Shown here: positions 13,101 to 24,231 of the stretch, one piece after another | How the letters are laid out: each line of letters opens with the position of its first letter | Numbering within the stretch: the stretch's first letter is position 1 | NCBI GenBank assembly: GCA_964016885.1 | Contig: CAXHJY010000377.1 | Coordinates: forward strand, 24,698-88,697 | Reading direction: 5' to 3' | DNA: 64,000 nt | DNA from: Eledone cirrhosa | Lineage: Eukaryota | Translations under genes and position numbers: made by a program | The notes under the pieces: generated by a model | The model's input: only the letters and a program-made list of their open reading frames with translations | Told to the model about the DNA's origin: nothing | Databases searched by the model: none

Positions 13101-13731
13101 GTTGGAGTGGTCACCTTGCCAGGATGAAGGATTCTAGAATACCAAAACAACTCTTCTATGGAGAGTTGGTTAAAGGAAAACGACCGCCACATAAACCAAA
13201 AAAGAGGTATAAGGATTCCTTGAAGGCCTCTCTGAAAGACGCTAACATCTCTGCTGATACATGGGAAAATATTGCTGCTGATCGTAGTAAATGGAGAAAG
13301 ACTGTATATGAGGGAAAAGTTGCCTTTGAGGCATCTCGAATCGCACACGAGAAAGTAAGGCGGGACGTGAGGAAGGGTATTGCTGTTGCACTTCCAGACG
13401 GCGAGGGTCCTCCTATGTTTCTGACATGCAGCGTCTGTGCGAGACTCTGCCTAAGCAAAGCTGGACTCGAAAGTCATCTTCGCAGTCATAAAGTAAGACC
13501 AGTGGTTGACTACCAGGCTGCTGTTGGAGATGCTACTCATCATGCTTGCCAAACATGTGGTAGAGAATGTAAATCAGCAGGAGGACTCAAGCGACATGCA
13601 AAAGTACACGAACTCCAACCACAGCCGACTATTCCCAGTAAATGTTTTGGTTGCCGACTCTGTGCAAGACATTTTAGATCATTGGCTGGGCTAAAAAGCC
13701 ACATTCGATCGCAGCACTGTTAGTTGCTATC

Positions 13732-13775
<44 letters not shown>

Positions 13776-13854
13776 GCTTATGTGCGTGCGTGTGTGTGTA
13801 TATATATATGAATATGTATATTATTATTGTTGTTGTCGTTATTATTATTATTGC

Positions 13855-13903
<49 letters not shown>

Positions 13904-14025
13904 GTTATTAATGTATGTGTGTATATATGTGTGAGTGTATGTGTATGTATGTGTGTGTGTATATATGTATGTATGTGTATGTATGTGTGTGTGTATATAT
14001 ATGTGTATGTATATATATGTGTATA

Positions 14026-14058
<33 letters not shown>

Positions 14059-14090
14059 CTTTTCCCTTTTTTTTTTTTTTTTTTTTTTTT

Positions 14091-14135
<45 letters not shown>

Positions 14136-14208
14136 TTATTTATTTTTTTTTTATTTTTTTTTTTTATTGTGCAATGGCCATACTCGATAACGAGGGGGCA
14201 GCCATCAT
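9798..14208 (+). mobile_element. Full-length RTE LINE including 5' UTR and 3' UTR
   Basis: 5' UTR has the RTE-type CTAGGAGAAGG...AACTCCGA motif and aligns with 15513-15753. The 3' terminus ATGGCCATACTCGATAACGAGGGGGCAGCCATCAT (14174-14208) matches 15931-15965. No clear TSD, so exact ends are uncertain. Confidence 0.85.
10178..13723 (+). CDS. RTE-clade non-LTR retrotransposon ORF (APE endonuclease + reverse transcriptase + 3 C2H2 zinc fingers), uninterrupted
   Basis: 1181-aa open frame. APE motifs GCWNVRTL, LSET, VYAPT, LGDFNA, LDYVL, TDH. RT motifs YRGISLL, QSGFR, FVDLTKAFD, GVKQGD, YADD, YLGS. RTE-type C-terminus RLRWSGHLARM...PKQLFYGEL...GKRP. Zinc fingers CSVC..H..H, CQTC..H..H, CRLC..H..H (13427-13720). 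Confidence 0.97.
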   Translation: MMFQNNVNEIIANLGSGTKRIIGNKGRGPKLSQPGPARHRAIVIEPNRAFSLGCWNVRTLLDRDSLQSPERRTALVAKELRRYDLDIVALSETRLAGDGHLTEFCGEYTFFWKGRDEGTRREAGVGFAVKTVLVNKLEEFPVGISERLMSMRVPLDRGRYATLVSVYAPTMNSVDEEKLSFYHALKGVLRNIPQADKVIVLGDFNARVGRDFNTWNVIGRHGVGKCNSNGMLLLQMCEELDLCVTNTMSQQKNKFKTTWMHPASKEWHLLDYVLVRMRDRRDVQCVRVLRGAECWTDHRLVRAKVNLITKRKIRAPGVTLPKRLNAARLKDKNVKRTLEEEMQAADLGEDWPTLKKSVYDVGRRVLGLVQRKHQDWFNEKDVHIDDLLADKRRALSRYLTAKPQERNTLHEELRDVKSRVRRSLSQMKDQWWSEKAGEIQTASDCNNTKLLYSLLREVYGPSSSLVTPIRSRDGKELLRDSQGILRRWREHFDDLLNQPSVVGEDFLNLIPESPVKVALAEPPTLVEVAVAISKLNSGRSPGMDGIHAELLQYGGERLLQHLHSLFGRIWANESVPEDWRDAVMVVLYKGKGNRNDCGNYRGISLLSVVGKVLCRVLLDRLLTHIADCVLPESQSGFRVGRGTTDMIFSAGQLQEKCIEQGLDLYQVFVDLTKAFDTVNRDALWKVLQKLGCPDKFLALVRSFQDDMKAWVNVGGNMSEPISVKNGVKQGDIPAPTLFAIYFAMVFCIAFRNCEHGVYIRYRTSGSVFNIRRFAAKTKVFTSVIRDLLYADDCDLVAHTESDMQHILNVFSDACTALGLTVSLKKTVVMYQPAPGRQYTEPNIYVYGKRLGVVDQFVYLGSTVNRYGNLDSEISLRIRKASDAFGKLERRLWGRRDICRRTKVRVYRACVLSCLLYACETWVTYRRHLKQLERFHQMCLRRIHGVHWRDHISDVEILESSMCDSIEALVLKQRLRWSGHLARMKDSRIPKQLFYGELVKGKRPPHKPKKRYKDSLKASLKDANISADTWENIAADRSKWRKTVYEGKVAFEASRIAHEKVRRDVRKGIAVALPDGEGPPMFLTCSVCARLCLSKAGLESHLRSHKVRPVVDYQAAVGDATHHACQTCGRECKSAGGLKRHAKVHELQPQPTIPSKCFGCRLCARHFRSLAGLKSHIRSQHC

Positions 14209-14239
14209 ATATGTATATATGTATGTATGCATGTATTAA

Positions 14240-15200
14240 TTTTTCTCTTAATTTCGAGTATATTTTTTGACCGGCCACCTTCCTGGTGGCAAGGTTGTAA
14301 AAGAAGAGAAATTGTCATCCCTTGAATCGCAAGAATGTTTTGCAAATTTTGAAGGTGCCAGCTATCGCAGCCATTTGTAGACCATGAATTAGGGAGCTGC
14401 GTCCTTTGTCCGCAAATCCAAGTACGGCCATACTTTGGTTCAAGCGGGTTGGTATATAACCCGTAGCTCCAATAATGATGGGTATGAAGTTAAAGGTGTA
14501 TCTTGGATACTGTATTTGTAAACTCCTCATCAATGGTCCTTCTCCTGTATTTTTCTGACGTTTACATCAAGTGGTCATCTGATCTCTATAACAGAACACG
14601 TTTTCAATGTGTGGCCCCAAACAACAGTATCAGGCCGGTTGTGCTTTAATTTGGTGGCAGTTTTTATTTTCAGGTTCCACCAGTATTACTTAGTGCCATC
14701 TGTCTCAATATATTCTTCCTTGTTTGTTGTTAATTTTGTTTTCCGAAGTGCATTCCAGATGGTTCTAGCTATCCCATCGTGTCTCATGGGGAGGTAGTAG
14801 CAAGATGACATTCTTTCGCAGCTGGCAACAATGTGGCTTACATCCTCGATCTTTGTTTTACATAGCCTACATTTATTGTCAGGTGATGGCCCTCCCCTTT
14901 TGTGCAGCAGATATTTGGTAGGGAGTTCTTGTTCCTGTATTGATAGACATATCCCTCAAGGTGTGGTATCATAAACTTGTCGGAACTCCATGCCAGGCTT
15001 TTTGAGTGGTTTATCCCCTCTATGGTCTGTGTTTTGCGTCTCAAGTATCCATGCACAACTTTTTCTGTAAATTGGTCAATTTTTTCATCTTATTTGAACA
15101 TTGAATAGGATCTTCCGATTTCTCTGAGTGAGAGATTTATATCAGGCTTTATTCCATATCTCTCCTCCAGATGAGTGGCTATTCTAATGATATTTTCTTT
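14240..15200 (-). mobile_element. RLE-type (R4/Dong-like) LINE 3' fragment
   Basis: CCHC knuckle CRLCKTKIEDVSHIVASC, RHDGIA, KHNRPDTVVW, IEI, PIIIGATG, with frameshifts. 3' UTR hairpin GCCACC-TTCCT-GGTGGC (14274-14290). Confidence 0.8.
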
Positions 15201-15354
15201 TTGTATGTATGTATGTATGTATGTATGTATGTATGTATGTATGTATGTATGTATGTATGTATGTATGTATGCATGTATGTATGTAGGAGTGTATGTTTGT
15301 ATGAGTGAATGTATGTATGTACGTTTGTATGTATGCATGCATGTATGTGTATAT

Positions 15355-15965
15355 GTCAGGTCACCAGTTGGTGGTACTGGTAACATGTATCCCAGTACAA
15401 CCTGTCTCATGGTCGGGTCGTTGGCGACTAAACTGGCAACCCCACCAAGGTTTCTTGGTGAGGAGGGTGACTTTGGTCATCCTGCAGGACTAAAAAAAAA
15501 ACCTGTCAAAAGGGCAAAGGAGCTCTTAAGAGTCAATGGCGATCAAAAATCACCGGGAGAGATGACCCCTTAGCCTTTGTCAAGGCAGAATTCTAGGAGA
15601 AGGAAAACTCTGATATAACACCTGCAACCCTGATGGTATCCAACGATGTTGACTTGTTCTTCTTTTTGGTAAATATCATCTTGGTTAAGAGAGTGGGACT
15701 GGTTTTGTGCAGTGCCTTTGCTCACTATAAAAGCTTCACGGCACAGGTATTGCTTTATATCTGGAGATCTCTCTGCACTTGTCCTCACATGGTACCATGG
15801 GCCCAGCACTATGTGTCAATCATTGTCACAGGTGTAGTGTTTGTACCAGAGTTTTCAAGTCGCTGGCTGGACTAAAAAGTCACACTTGTTCAGTGCATCG
15901 GTAGGGGTTCTCCTACATGGATATAAAGTAGTGGCCGTACTCGAAAACGAGTTGGCAGCCACCAT
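15355..15965 (+). mobile_element. Non-autonomous bipartite RTE derivative (5' UTR fused to last zinc-finger codons and 3' end)
   Basis: The 5' part aligns to the intact RTE 5' UTR. 15833-15904 translates CSVCTRVFKSLAGLKSHTCSVHR*, matching the last finger of the intact ORF (CRLCARHFRSLAGLKSHIRSQH). Shared terminal hairpin. Flanked by (ATGT)n on both sides. Confidence 0.88.
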
Positions 15966-16800
15966 GTGTATATGTATGTATGCATGTATGTGTGTATGTA
16001 TGTATGTATGTATGTGTACGTATGTATGTATTTATGTATGTATAAGTGAATGTATGGATGTATGTATGTTTGTGTGAGTGAATGTATATATACATGTATG
16101 GATGGATGCATGTATAAATGTAAATATGTATATTTGTATGAGTAACTGTATTTATGTCTGTATGTATGCATGTATGTATGTATGCATGTACATATGTATG
16201 AATGCAAGAACTTATATATGTGTGTGTATTTCTCGGTGTGTTTGTGTGCGTATCATTCTGAATTGTGTTGCCTATATATCACTGAATACGACAGAGAATG
16301 ATTAAATTGAAATTCTGTTACGCAAGACTAGAACATATCGAGGAAGATTTAATGCTTGCCTATTCTCAACATCAAACATCTAATTCATTATTTACCATTA
16401 GACATATAACATGGTTTCTTCTACAATGTTAGAGCTAGCATAATGTGAACAATTGATAATGATCGCATATGTTCCGCATGTTATTCGTTATGGCATTTCC
16501 ACTCCTAATAGTAAGGAAATATTCATGGTGGTAAAATACACAACTAAAGTGTCAAATCATTTCGAAATCACGAAAACATGCTCGTATGAGTAATACTATT
16601 TCCAAACTCCTGACATATCTAGTGCTCTATATTGATTGAATATCGATACCGTTATAACACAAACCAGTAAATAAAAATCTATTAGATATTTACTATTTCG
16701 AATTATTTAGAATGCTGTAAAATATCTATGTCTCTCTCTGTATATATATTTATGTGAAACTGAGTTATAATATTAATAATTATTTCTTCAAACTATTTTT

Positions 16801-17092
16801 AATAATAATAATAATCGTTTCTACTTTTGGCACAAGGCCAGCAATTATCCCAGTACATTACTGGTACTTTATTTTATCGACCTGGAAAGGATGAAAGGTA
16901 AAGTTTACCTCGGTGGGATTTGAACTCTGATCGTAAAGGGCCGTAACTCTATGCTGCTACGTATGGCGTCCGACCCTCTACCGATACTGCCAATCCATAG
17001 TCTGCGATTAAGACACAAGGCCAGCAATTTTTATGTGAAAGGGAAAGTCGATTAAATCGACCCCAGTGCTTTATTTTATCAACGCCGTAAGG
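16801..17092 (-). mobile_element. SINE family A (16801-16997) plus adjacent partial copy
   Basis: Full-length match with (AAT)n tail, second 3' fragment at 17010-17092. Confidence 0.88.
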
Positions 17093-17623
17093 CAAGCAGA
17101 TATGATGGTTAGTTGCGGTATGAGCAGACAGTTGCCGGACGAATAAGCAACCTCGTACGATAAGCGATAAACTACTATGGGAGATGGACAAATGTGTGAC
17201 ACCAATATCTCCCTAGAAAACTCTCACAAACCACGTAGCTATAACGAGGAGAGTAAAAAGCTCCTCTAAAAAAGTCAAGTCTTGCTGAGTTTGACAAAGT
17301 ACATGAATGGTGACTGGTGCGTAAGAGTGGGTGAGAAAGAGTGTAGATTGATAGATATATTAAATGATTTTTTGACACATTTTGCGACTACTTTGAGACA
17401 CGTTCCAAATTGTATGATCTGCATCGTAGACATCTGTAACAACAATAACTCAGATATTTTACCTTTTATAAATCTGATCCCATTAAATGTGAATACAAAT
17501 GTTCATTTCACACGTAAGAAAATATCAGACCTTGTAGAGGGTTCTGTAAATATTTTTATATTGGCTGTGTGCTAAAATGTCATGCAAAAATCTACGACAA
17601 TAGTATATAATATTATGTACTAG

Positions 17624-17723
17624 GTATTACTATTAAAAATATTTTACATTATATATATTTCGAGACTAGTATCAGTGAAACAATACTAAGACCGGTTAAT
17701 CTGACTGAAACCAAGCTATACAT
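17624..17723 (+). CDS. Candidate internal exon (phase 1-2)
   Basis: TAG acceptor, open ITIKNILHYIYFETSISETILRPVNLTETKLY, consensus donor GTAAGT. Confidence 0.25.
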
Positions 17724-18162
17724 GTAAGTTTTCTTGTTATTCCCAGAACAACGTCTTATTTATATATTTAGACGTTAAATTGTATACATGTAAATATTTA
17801 ATGACGTCAAAATGACAATACCCTAAAACATTCATATTTAAAATGTCCTAGACCAATTTAGAAATGTCGTACAGGAACATACGCAATGTTATTATCAGTA
17901 AAAGTCAAACATATATTTAAACAAGTCCACATGATATAGGAATCGATATAAGTTGGAAAATGAGCTCAAGCTGAATATAAGCTAATCAGCAAATCTTTGA
18001 TTTAGCAGTCGTGAAGTATTAATACAATAACAAGATAAACATTCAATCATTTTGCAGCTTCAGTCAGGATGAAAATACATCACTTCTATTTTAATATAAA
18101 ATAAACATATGCCGTGTAAATCCGTGTCATATGAGTTGTCTGATCATTATTTCAGTACGTTT

Positions 18163-18545
18163 GGGGTGAATTACTAGTATCGGTAGAGGGTTTGACGCCA
18201 TGCTTTCTAGCATAGTTACGTCCCTTTACGGTCTATATTCAAATCCCGTCGAGGTTAACTTCGCCGTTCATTCTTACGGGGTCGATAAAATAAAGTACCA
18301 GTAATGCACTGGTTTAACTGCTGACCTTGCGCCAAAAGGAGAAACAATTATTTCAAAATATTTAGGGGGGTGGATTTGCAATATTGGTAGAGCGTCGGAC
18401 AATCTGTTTTGCGGCATAGAGTTAAAGCCCTTACGTTCTGAGTTCAAATCCCGCCGAGGTTAGCATGGTTTCATTTTTACGGGTACGATAATTAAAGCAC
18501 CATTAGTACAGGGATCAATTTAATCGACTTACCCCCCCCCCCCCC
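18163..18545 (+). mobile_element. Two tandem SINE copies (18163-18351, 18365-18545)
   Basis: Both have head, B-box (TTCAAATCCC) and core. They differ in tail subfamily. Confidence 0.85.
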
Positions 18546-18618
18546 CCCCCCCACCCCATACATACATATATATATATAAAAGAAGAAATTAAAAGATGGT
18601 TAAAAAAGTTCCATATAT

Positions 18619-18680
18619 TTATTATGCGCATTTCGAAAACAACATCATCCTGGGACAAAAATTGTGTTCTCATCAGATAA
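18619..18680 (-). ncRNA. Type-I hammerhead ribozyme motif
   Basis: TTAT-CTGATGA-GAACACAA..TTGTTTTC-GAAA-TGCGCA-TA-ATAA. Palindromic stem III, AUA triplet. Confidence 0.75.
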
Positions 18681-18921
18681 GATAAGGTAACATGATATGA
18701 GGCCTAAAAACACTTGTCAACAAGAAAGTGGCAAGTCTACATATAGACTATTTGTTTGTCCCAGGATGATGTTGTATCCGAAATGCGCATAATAAAATAT
18801 ATGGAACTTTTTTAACCATCTTTTAATTTCTTCTTTAATATATACTCCAGTTCTACCAACCGTTGCGTGCTACTTATCTGATATATGCATAGTTTTATTG
18901 TTCTACAATATTACTCACTTT

Positions 18922-19091
<170 letters not shown>

Positions 19092-19277
19092 GGGAAGAGG
19101 TATATTCGATATGTCTCATATGAAATAATACAGCCAATTGTCCACGCAATACTTTTAGTTAGCACCCCGAATGCATAATTGGGAAAATAATCACTTATTT
19201 CCTAATGTTTGTTGAGTGAGTTGGAATTTGGCCGGAGTATTGCTAAAAAGCTTTCTCCGATATTGTATTTATATATG

Positions 19278-19388
<111 letters not shown>

Positions 19389-19817
19389 TATATATATATA
19401 TATATATAATATTTAATACATTAACAGTGAAAGCTTTAGGCAATACTCCGACCGACTTCCGTCACACTCAACAAACATTAGCATATACCTTAGTATAATC
19501 CCAATTATACGTTTGGGGTGCTAACTATACGTATTTTGAGGATACCCAGTTGTATTATTTTATATGAGACATAATTAAATACATCCCTCTTTCCAAACGA
19601 TCGTTTCATTATAAGTTTTCTACAAGTTGGGAAAATAATGTCCAGGTTATGTAGAAGCCTACACGTAGTCTATAGGAATATATGCAGGTGGGCACTTATA
19701 AATCATCAGTGGATGCCCAACAACATCGATATAAAAAAAAATCTACCCTTATTAACATTCAGCGATGGTACCCATCAGTGTTAGAGTGACCGCCAAATTT
19801 GAAATTCCAGCAGTCTC

Positions 19818-19958
<141 letters not shown>

Positions 19959-20097
19959 TTGTATATATATATAAATGAAAAGTAAATGAAAAGTATAGAA
20001 ATTGTTGTAGCGAGAAGCTAACAGAATTCCATAAGATATATGTGACTATAGCGTCAAAATGGGAAAATAGTTAACATAAGATCTGGGAAAAATAATA

Positions 20098-20182
<85 letters not shown>

Positions 20183-20259
20183 CCAGACAGCTTCCAAAAA
20201 TAATGGTCGCATATAATAGGGTACGTCAAAATTATTTATAAAACTGTTTATATATTGTA

Positions 20260-20320
20260 TTTTGTCTGATGAAGGCATACCATATTTTAATTTGGTATCC
20301 CTGAAATATGTATAATGAAA
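20260..20320 (+). ncRNA. Type-I hammerhead ribozyme motif
   Basis: TTTTGT-CTGATGA-AGGCATACCA..TGGTATCCCT-GAAA-TATGTA-TA-ATGAAA, overlapping a downstream AATAAA. Confidence 0.75.
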
Positions 20321-20846
20321 TAAATATGGTTCTTATAAATATAGTTGTGGTAAGGAATAAGACGGACCATAACGCACCAGAGTACTCAATACACAGGCTA
20401 GTAGAGTGGGTAATAGGAAAAAGTATGACTCCCGACGGCATATATATATGTATATTAATTAAAGATTAGTTAGTCGCTAATACTTAAAAATATCAATGGG
20501 TCGTTGAAATATATGAATAAAATATCACTCGGAGAAGCAATATTACATATTACATTTAAGTGAGAAAAACTCTGTTTATGGAAGTACAAGCCAGACAGCC
20601 AAAATGAAAAATGTATTTAGCTATTCACGGTTATATAAATATCTCTCTACCATGGTTCCATTTGAGGAGTTTTTTATGATTGGAATTACCAATAATTGAA
20701 GAATCCACAATATTCTTCAGGGCAGTTGTAATTCCTACAAAAAATAAGGGGATAGTGAGCATGAAATTATGCATACAGAACTATTCGATGATCAAAGTAT
20801 CCCTGGATGTATTATTACTATGCGGCAGACATATATATATGTATAA

Positions 20847-20938
<92 letters not shown>

Positions 20939-20981
20939 AAAGAAACCAAAGAACACTTGCATACTCAAACAGTTTTTATTT

Positions 20982-21026
20982 GCTTAAAATCTTTCATCCA
21001 TACCGTTGGGTAGGATTCATCAGAGC
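20982..21026 (-). ncRNA. Type-I hammerhead ribozyme motif
   Basis: GCT-CTGATGA-ATCCTACC-CAAC-GGTATGGAT-GAAA-GATTT-TA-AGC, then AAATAAA. Confidence 0.75.
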
Positions 21027-21339
21027 TTAATAAACACAGTGCTGAGTATAAGCACTACCAAGCTTAGTCACACGAACAATCGGAACACAATAGAGGGTAA
21101 AGATAGGGAGATCGGAGATGGCCAATAAGGAGAGAGTACATGCTGGGGTTGTTAAGCACAACAGCTAAATGCTAGGGCACAAGCAGATCTCACAAGATGC
21201 AGATACAATTGATGGCACACAAAAGCAAAACATACAAACAATGGTTAAAACATAATAAAAAAGTAAAAGGAAGATAATATAAAGAGATAAACAGTAAATA
21301 AAAAGGTGAACAATTTAAAAAAAAATTTTAAAAGGAAAG

Positions 21340-21572
21340 AAGTGAAAAAAGAAAGAAGAAAAAAAAGAAAAAAGAAAAAAGAAAAAAGAAAAAAAGAAAA
21401 AAGAAAAAAGAAAAAAGAAAAAAGAAAAAAGAAAAAAGAAAAAAAGAAAAAAGAAAAAAGAAAAAAGAAAAAAGAAAAAAAAAGAAAAAAGAAAAAAGAA
21501 AAAAGAAAAAAGAAAAAAGAAAAAAGAAAAAAGAAAAAAGAAAAAAAAAAAAGAAAAAAGAAAAAAAAAAAG
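21340..21572. repeat. (AAAAAAG)n polypurine tract
   Basis: Direct reading. Confidence 0.95.
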
Positions 21573-22714
21573 AAGTTTTAAGCACATAAAAAAGCCAGAG
21601 GATTTAAGCACTGGTCCCTATAAAACATGCTTGTGGAACACCCATGGGCTACGTAATTCAAGTACCTACCCTTATACCTTGTATATGTATACCATGGCGA
21701 GGATTTTAGTTACTGTGGTCTTTCTTAAGAACATATTAGTGCTTATATAACTATAAGTTACGGAGATCCTATTCACTTGTTTTATCCTATTCACTTGAAC
21801 ATAGATACAGTCTGGCCGACAGGGTTCCAAACAGTTTTCCGTTTCATTCGCAAGCCATGTCCAGATGCCATGCTGTGATAAATCCGAGACGTAATGTTTG
21901 CGAACTGTTATTCTTAAACATCTGGACATGCTTCATCCACTTATAGAACTAGTAATCTAAACTATAATAAAGTAAGGAGTGCGGGACTGTGTCCAGATTA
22001 TGTTTTTTTATCCCGTTTGTAAAATAAATTGGATTACTTTGAATAATTAATGAATGAATATTACATAATTTATCTACTAATTATTTTTTATTGTTGATTA
22101 AATATAAACAATTTTGTTGCTTATTTTAAGATTCACTTCTTTAAATTTTTCAAATGTCAACACTTCAGGTTAGTGATCGCTTAAATAAACATTCATATAT
22201 TTCCGTCACTAATATTCTGTTAATGCAGTATATATATATCATTGTTTTAACGTATCATTGATTACGTTAATGATTACATAAGACAGTGTAACACAATCTC
22301 CGTTTAATTTCTGTGTATTTTGTCAATTAGGATTTTATTTGGTGTATCATATCTACATGCATATATACTTGCGTATAATATCAATATACACACTACACAT
22401 ACTAGTAGAAAACCACCCGAGGGGTGGTTTTTCTGTTGGTTCCTATAATAGTCGAGTGATGTCTATGTGATTGAAATTCAAGTTATCATTACGATACAGA
22501 TATGATATATAACAATCACAATGTATATGAAATGTTGGAATTTTGTGGTCAGATCTTCAGAAATTGGTGATTGTATTTATGTAGAAATGTAACATTAAGA
22601 TAATTATCATAAATTATAATTACATAGTTGCTGAGGATAATTATATAAAGAACTCCGAAAATATAGTGCGTGACATAGGCATTTTTATTTTAGATTTAAA
22701 TGTATTTGTAGTAA

Positions 22715-22915
22715 CGTTAATCGATAGATTGCGTAGCTCGGAGAACAGAGAGTCACTCCTTATAAAGCCGTTAATTCTCCGAATTGAGAGATCACGGCTC
22801 CGATACTACGGGTATGTGGTTAAAATGTCTCCGGAAAGATTCACTGAAAAGATTTTACGAGTAAAAGCAACCGGAAGAAAACGTGTTTGAGGACACGCAA
22901 GAAGAAGAAGAAGAA
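22715..22915 (+). mobile_element. RTE-like LINE 3' fragment
   Basis: DRLRSSENRESL...IERSRLRYYGYVVKMSPERFTEKIL...GRKR, typical RTE C-terminus. Confidence 0.7.
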
Positions 22916-23371
22916 TGACACTGTTTTTGTTCTTTCATTATGTTGAATGCCTAATGATATAATAAACACACGTTATTGTATGATAGTATGAAGGTACAAC
23001 AACTACCAAAATGTATGAAGGGTGGTCGTGTTATTCTCTTTCCAAAGAGCCTAAACTGCTGACGTTTTGACAGTTACATAATTATTTTATAGAGTCAGAA
23101 ATAATATTTATCTTTTCAACACGTAGTTATTTATATAACAAAAAAATTGAAGAGAAATACTGTCACTGATAAATGATAGTATTTATACAAATGCAATAAT
23201 GTTGATATCATTTTAAGAGAATAAGAATGTTCGCTAATGGAATCGAAATAAGGTGTTTGTTAAAAAGGATACAAGCACATCAGACACACACACACAAACA
23301 CACACATATATATATATATATATATATGTGCATTCACATACACAGAGAGACAGACACAGACACAGACACAC

Positions 23372-23447
<76 letters not shown>

Positions 23448-24114
23448 GGAGAGAGAGGGGGGACACAAAGACAGTCCAAGACAGAGAAATGTATTTGGGA
23501 TGCTTGATAGTGAAACATCATTGCAATGTTTACGCAAGATATAAACGGGAGAAATGCACTAATTTTGAGAAAGAGTCAAGTTATAATATTGCAGTGTCAC
23601 ATGTAGAAATAATTGTTTCTACTTTTGGCACAAGGCCAGCAATTATCCCAGTGTCACAGGTAGAAATAATGTCAGATATTAGCTGTCAACGGCTTTCAGG
23701 TAAATATTTCCTTTAATAGAGTTAAACAACATCAACATCGCTAGTGATAACAATAATTCCATCATCATGCACACTCACAACGACTCCAACTCCAAAATCA
23801 CCTCAAATAGAAACATCGTATCCGCCATTGATTTGTATTAAGTATTAGTGTGACAATACTATATCTAGGAGTTTGGATGGACATGTAAATCTATTGTATA
23901 GAAACATCGATAGGTTTCCATTTTTTTAACTTTCACACTAAAGTATATATTTTCCTCTACGGTTTATTAATTATGAAACCAAACATAACATATTTCGTCT
24001 CCAAAAATTATTTTGTTATCTTCGATATTTTGAATAGTGCGAATTGTATCGTTTGAACACACATAAGTTAACACACATTCACTGACAGACACACACACAT
24101 ATACACCCACACAC

Positions 24115-24231
<117 letters not shown>

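Larger units (their letters stand above)
20940..21960 (-). mobile_element. Probable decayed Penelope-like 3' end
   Basis: Weak GIY-YIG-like remnant SRCLRITVRKH (about 21895-21945), then a pyrimidine-rich UTR, a hammerhead motif and AATAAA on the minus strand. Confidence 0.45.

Noticed and set aside
10742-13458. Antisense ORFs inside the RTE ORF, and + strand ORFs inside the CRE at 54054-55496
   Set aside because: Shadow frames of retroelement coding sequence.
15436-15470. Twister ribozyme (CAACCCC..GAGGAGGG)
   Set aside because: Lacks the P4 CGGTCCCAAGCCCG loop required for twister pseudoknots.
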